Assembly: GCA_041691135.1 (NCBI GenBank)
Contig: JBEPVF010000006.1
Location: 19,059 to 83,058 of the forward strand
Length of the DNA stretch: 64,000 nt
Source of the DNA: Candidatus Peribacteria bacterium
GTDB taxonomy: Bacteria > Patescibacteriota > Gracilibacteria > Peribacterales > Peribacteraceae
Direction of reading: 5' to 3'
Shown here: piece after piece, positions 60,482 through 64,000 of the stretch
How positions within the stretch are numbered: the first letter of the stretch is position 1
Layout of the letters: every line of letters begins with the position of its first letter
The notes under the pieces: model-generated
What the model saw: the letters and a program-made list of their open reading frames with translations, nothing else
What the model was told of the DNA's origin: nothing
Database searches by the model: none
Made by a program: the position numbers and the translations under genes

Positions 60482-60859
60482 AGGCAATATGACGCACTTT
60501 GGATTGCCACAAATGAATGGCCTTGAAGCAGCTGCCGGCTTAGAGACCTCTATTCGATACCGGGAGGCGTTTCTTTAATCAGCTGAACGACCTTTTCGGT
60601 TGGTATTTGCTCGCTTAGCTTTCCGCTCTCCGGCTATTTGCGGTTTTGTCTAATCCAATCCGTGAGGCGATTTTTCTTCCTATCGTCAGGGTCGCCGTAA
60701 TCTCCTTTTAGGTAAGAAGTAGTACTTGCAGCACGAAAGGGTCTCGTTCGTCTGCTCTCCGGGCCTAAAGGGTTGGACGGAACCGATTCTTAGGTAGGGC
60801 TTCTCGGTTTCGCATTCATTGTCCTCGCATATTGCTCAGAGAGACCGCATCAAACGTTC

Positions 60860-61570
60860 ATGCATCGAATCGGCACTGCCGGCTGGTCCGTCCCTAAAGG
60901 CGAAAAGGAGCAAGGAACTCACCTCTCTCGCTATTCCCGCACTCTTCCCTGCGTTGAGATCAATTCGTCCTTCTATCGTCCTCATCGTGCAACTACATGG
61001 GCGAAATGGGCAGAAGAGACTCCACCCGACTTTCGTTTCTCTATAAAAGCCCCTAAGACGGTGACTCACGAAGAAAAACTACGCAATACTGGCCCTTTGC
61101 TCAAAGCTTTCTTCGGACAGATTGAGCCGATGCGCGAGAAGGCGGGCCCTGTTCTTTTTCAACTTCCCCCGTCACTTTCATTCGATTTCGTGCTTGCTGA
61201 AGACTTCTTTTCTTTAGTGCGTGAACTCTACAATGGAGAGGTCGTTCTTGAGCCACGTCATGCAACCTGGTTTACTGGCTCGGTGAATGTGCTCCTCAAA
61301 AGACTTGCGATCGCCAGAGTGGCCGCCGATCCCCCCAAAAGTGACCCGATAGCTGCCGCACCCGGCGGAGACACGAGGCTCGGTTATTACCGACTCCATG
61401 GTTCGCCGCGTACCTACTATTCAAATTACGAGGACGAGTTTCTGACTGCATTCGCTACTGAAATTAAATCTCACGAAAACGTCTGGGTTATCTTCGACAA
61501 CACGGCCCTTTCATACGCATACTCCAATGCCCTCAAGCTTCAGGCGTTGATGGCAAGTTCTGACATCTAA
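60860..61570 (+). CDS. DUF72 family protein (second, divergent copy)
   Basis: IGTAGWS, VEINSSFYR, FSIKAPKTVTH, QLPPS, EPRH, YRLHG and FDNT motifs. Confidence 0.92.
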   Translation: MHRIGTAGWSVPKGEKEQGTHLSRYSRTLPCVEINSSFYRPHRATTWAKWAEETPPDFRFSIKAPKTVTHEEKLRNTGPLLKAFFGQIEPMREKAGPVLFQLPPSLSFDFVLAEDFFSLVRELYNGEVVLEPRHATWFTGSVNVLLKRLAIARVAADPPKSDPIAAAPGGDTRLGYYRLHGSPRTYYSNYEDEFLTAFATEIKSHENVWVIFDNTALSYAYSNALKLQALMASSDI

Positions 61571-61692
61571 CTGAGGCTGCCGGGCGATACGCTTTTCGAT
61601 TCCCGGCATGCCGATAGGTACCATGCCTAATCCGCTTTGATCAAGATGGATCGCCGTTTACCGATCAATGTGTTGAGTTAGACCGAAGGAGA

Positions 61693-62556
61693 TCACTTTG
61701 CCTCCGGATGGTTTTGCAATCGCTTCCCGAAGACGATGCCGAATGTTGTGCCTACACTGGCTGAGTGGTCGCTAACGCCAAACCGCATCCCGCCATCCAC
61801 TCCGAATGAATCGTTGATTTTACGATAGAAGCCGCCAAAGATATAAGTGCCGGGCGGAGTGTTCGACTGTGATACGTTCTGCGAAAAGGCCTCAGCGTAG
61901 AGACGCGTCTCCTTTTGTAGGTGATAGCTGAGCGCGAACGACTGCTGACCTCCATAAGAACATCCGGAGCTCGTTTGGCAATCCGATTGAACAACCGAAC
62001 CGTTAAGGATGACGTCAACGTCACCATGTTTTCCGTAGTGATGATTAAGCAGAACGATGACCTGTTGGCCGTAGCCCTGGAGTGAGGGTTGCGAGGCGGA
62101 TGGAAGTTCGGCTTCATATTGAAGGGCAACACCAGGGGCGGGGCGATGGTAGTTTTCTTTCATCAACTCAACCTTGCCGCCGATCTGTATCGTGCCGATA
62201 CCGTTGGTCACGTCTTTCCCTACTTGCTGGTGATCGAACGCAGACCAGTCGAAGTCCAGCCGGAGCCGAGGAAGAGGAGTATAGGTAAACAGCGTATTGA
62301 GGGTCTGCTGGTTGCCGGGAACGTGCTGTGGATAAGCGTCGTATCCCATTTCAACCTGCAGGACACCTGAACTCTGGATAGCGGCGCTGTTCGCGATAGT
62401 GGGACGAGTGGGATTAAGGTTGAGATCTTGTGCAGCGACAATACCAGCAGGGATCGCGCTGATCGCTAAAATGACTGTCCAAAAGAATTGGCATCCCCGG
62501 ACCAAATTGCCGCGAAATTGTTTGAATTGCATATAGGATTCCGTATTTTCGGCCAT
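61693..62556 (-). CDS. Putative outer-membrane beta-barrel channel (MetA-pathway/COG4313-like)
   Basis: Signal peptide, PTRPTIANSA..GVLQVEMGY N-terminal motif, amphipathic beta strands. Confidence 0.6.
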   Translation of the reverse strand: MAENTESYMQFKQFRGNLVRGCQFFWTVILAISAIPAGIVAAQDLNLNPTRPTIANSAAIQSSGVLQVEMGYDAYPQHVPGNQQTLNTLFTYTPLPRLRLDFDWSAFDHQQVGKDVTNGIGTIQIGGKVELMKENYHRPAPGVALQYEAELPSASQPSLQGYGQQVIVLLNHHYGKHGDVDVILNGSVVQSDCQTSSGCSYGGQQSFALSYHLQKETRLYAEAFSQNVSQSNTPPGTYIFGGFYRKINDSFGVDGGMRFGVSDHSASVGTTFGIVFGKRLQNHPEAK

Positions 62557-62864
62557 TTAAACCTCAGTCTCATGGGTCTGAGCTACGCCCTGCTCGATAG
62601 AACTAGATGATTTGATGCGCAGCTATAAGGCTTTATGCACGTGCTTCATTTCGGTCGTCCACTTCATGATTGCGTTTAGTAAGATGATGTGACATGTCCA
62701 CTGACAAGCAAGGCATCGGTCATTTCCAAGCGTTCTGGCGTTGTTATTCCTCATGTCATTACTCTTCGCCGGCAGGTCAAAAGCTGAACATAGTCTGGAC
62801 GTAGATACTACGGTTAATGTTGCTGACCTCGCTCTCGTGTCAATTCCCGTCATCCAAGTGCTCC

Positions 62865-63839
62865 CTAACCTGCCGTTGGTGAGGAAACATGAAACTCTCT
62901 ATTGAAACCTTCACGCCATGTCGTTTGTCGGGGTTTCCAGAGCAAAGTATGTCTTGCTTTGTCGTTAGATAATCCGCGGATGCTGGTCATTTGGAAGACG
63001 ACACTCTTTCCCGCCACAAGTAACCCGAGCCATTTAGGAATGGAATACGGGGCTGGCGCTCCTGCCGCTTTCGCTAACGCGGGTAGCCATTCAGAGACCT
63101 CCGAAGGGTCATCGTCCACGATGTTGTAGATGCCAGCATCTCCGCGGGTGAGAGCAACTTGTGTCGCAGAGGCGGCGTCATCAATATGGAGGAATGACCA
63201 GATACCATGTCCTCCACCGATAATTGGGAATGCTCTCCTCCTAACAAGCTTCACCATCGCTCCTGTCTCCGAGAACCCAGTGCCCGGACCATAGAGATGT
63301 CCGTAGCGTAGAACGATCCCAGTCAGACTGGCGATCGCCGGCACTGTCGTCTCGATATGCCGTATGGCATCGAGAGATTTGACCATGGATTTGAGAGGTG
63401 CAGGGTCGAGGGGCGCCGTCTCGCTCTTGACACGCTCACCGCCCCCACCGGTCGGCCAACCAGCATAGCTCTGGGCGATGAAGCGGGTCGCACCGCTTGC
63501 GTGAGCTGCCGCGATGAGGTTATCCAGCCCTTCGGTGCGAAGTCGATTCGTCTCAGCAAGCGCTGAATCGAAATTTCGATAGCTCATAACATTAGCAAGG
63601 GCAGTCAGTTCGTGAATGACAACATCGGGACGTGCTGAAATGACTACTTTATGGATTGCATCCTTGTCCAAGACGTCGACAATAGCCGGCTCGGCCCCCT
63701 GTTGCATCAGTTCGTGAGCTTTTCCAGGGCTGCGGGTGGCCGCGATCACTGTATGTCCGGCACTCACAAGCTGGGGGATAAGGCGTCTTCCGATCGCGCC
63801 GGTAGCTCCGGCCAGGAAGATTCTCATCGCCGCGTTCAT
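62865..63839 (-). CDS. NAD-dependent epimerase/dehydratase (atypical SDR)
   Basis: GATGAIG, LRYGHLYGPG, FLHIDDAA and YNIVDD motifs. Confidence 0.9.
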   Translation of the reverse strand: MNAAMRIFLAGATGAIGRRLIPQLVSAGHTVIAATRSPGKAHELMQQGAEPAIVDVLDKDAIHKVVISARPDVVIHELTALANVMSYRNFDSALAETNRLRTEGLDNLIAAAHASGATRFIAQSYAGWPTGGGGERVKSETAPLDPAPLKSMVKSLDAIRHIETTVPAIASLTGIVLRYGHLYGPGTGFSETGAMVKLVRRRAFPIIGGGHGIWSFLHIDDAASATQVALTRGDAGIYNIVDDDPSEVSEWLPALAKAAGAPAPYSIPKWLGLLVAGKSVVFQMTSIRGLSNDKARHTLLWKPRQTTWREGFNREFHVSSPTAG

Positions 63840-64000
63840 GCGCGATGTCCTTCCGTATTTCTGAATGCGAATAAGAAACCAAGACCAAACACGAAATCAA
63901 GTGCACCAAATATGCCTACACTGGGCGCTGAAAGATGGCGTGCGACAAGAACGAAGCAACAGAGCGCATACCCAATTTTCTCCATAGCAGCGGGCAGCAT

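Larger units (their letters stand above)
31035..64000. mobile_element. Decayed genomic island (ICE-like relic) integrated at tRNA-Pro; right boundary not seen
   Basis: Integrase stub next to the tRNA, visible drop in GC, no CGTC-REP copies found, ParB relic, many pseudogenes. Confidence 0.75.

Overview
The window looks like a chromosomal segment of an Acidobacteriaceae-type bacterium (inferred from protein styles and repeat families). It has two halves. (1) About 1-31 kb is high-GC core chromosome. It carries tldD/pmbA, a UvrC-N-like protein, rpe, bamD, a putative inositol-phospholipid utilisation locus (DMT sugar transporter, LacI, eukaryote-type myo-inositol oxygenase, IolB-like isomerase, TonB-dependent receptor, PI-PLC-like enzyme, PHP hydrolase), hemE-hemH-hemY-pduO, purS, ppa and three tRNAs (Arg-TCT, His-GTG, Pro-TGG). 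Its intergenic spaces hold 13 same-orientation copies of a CGTC-tagged hairpin repeat; most copies have a hexamer-like tract on one side and a decaying, locus-specific tandem array on the other. (2) From tRNA-Pro to the end is a visibly lower-GC, decayed genomic island where I found no copy of that repeat. It contains an integrase stub fused to a fucosidase stub, a glycan-utilisation locus (GH106-, GH101- and GH93-like enzymes, TBDR, TPR, CRTAC1), ParB/ArdC-like ICE relics, a C30 carotenoid operon lacking crtM (crtN, ald-DUF2141 fusion, crtP, crtQ, crtO), katE, and a broken PIG-L/methyltransferase/GT2/acyl-CoA-dehydrogenase cluster. All calls come from reading the sequence and recalled family motifs; no searches were run.
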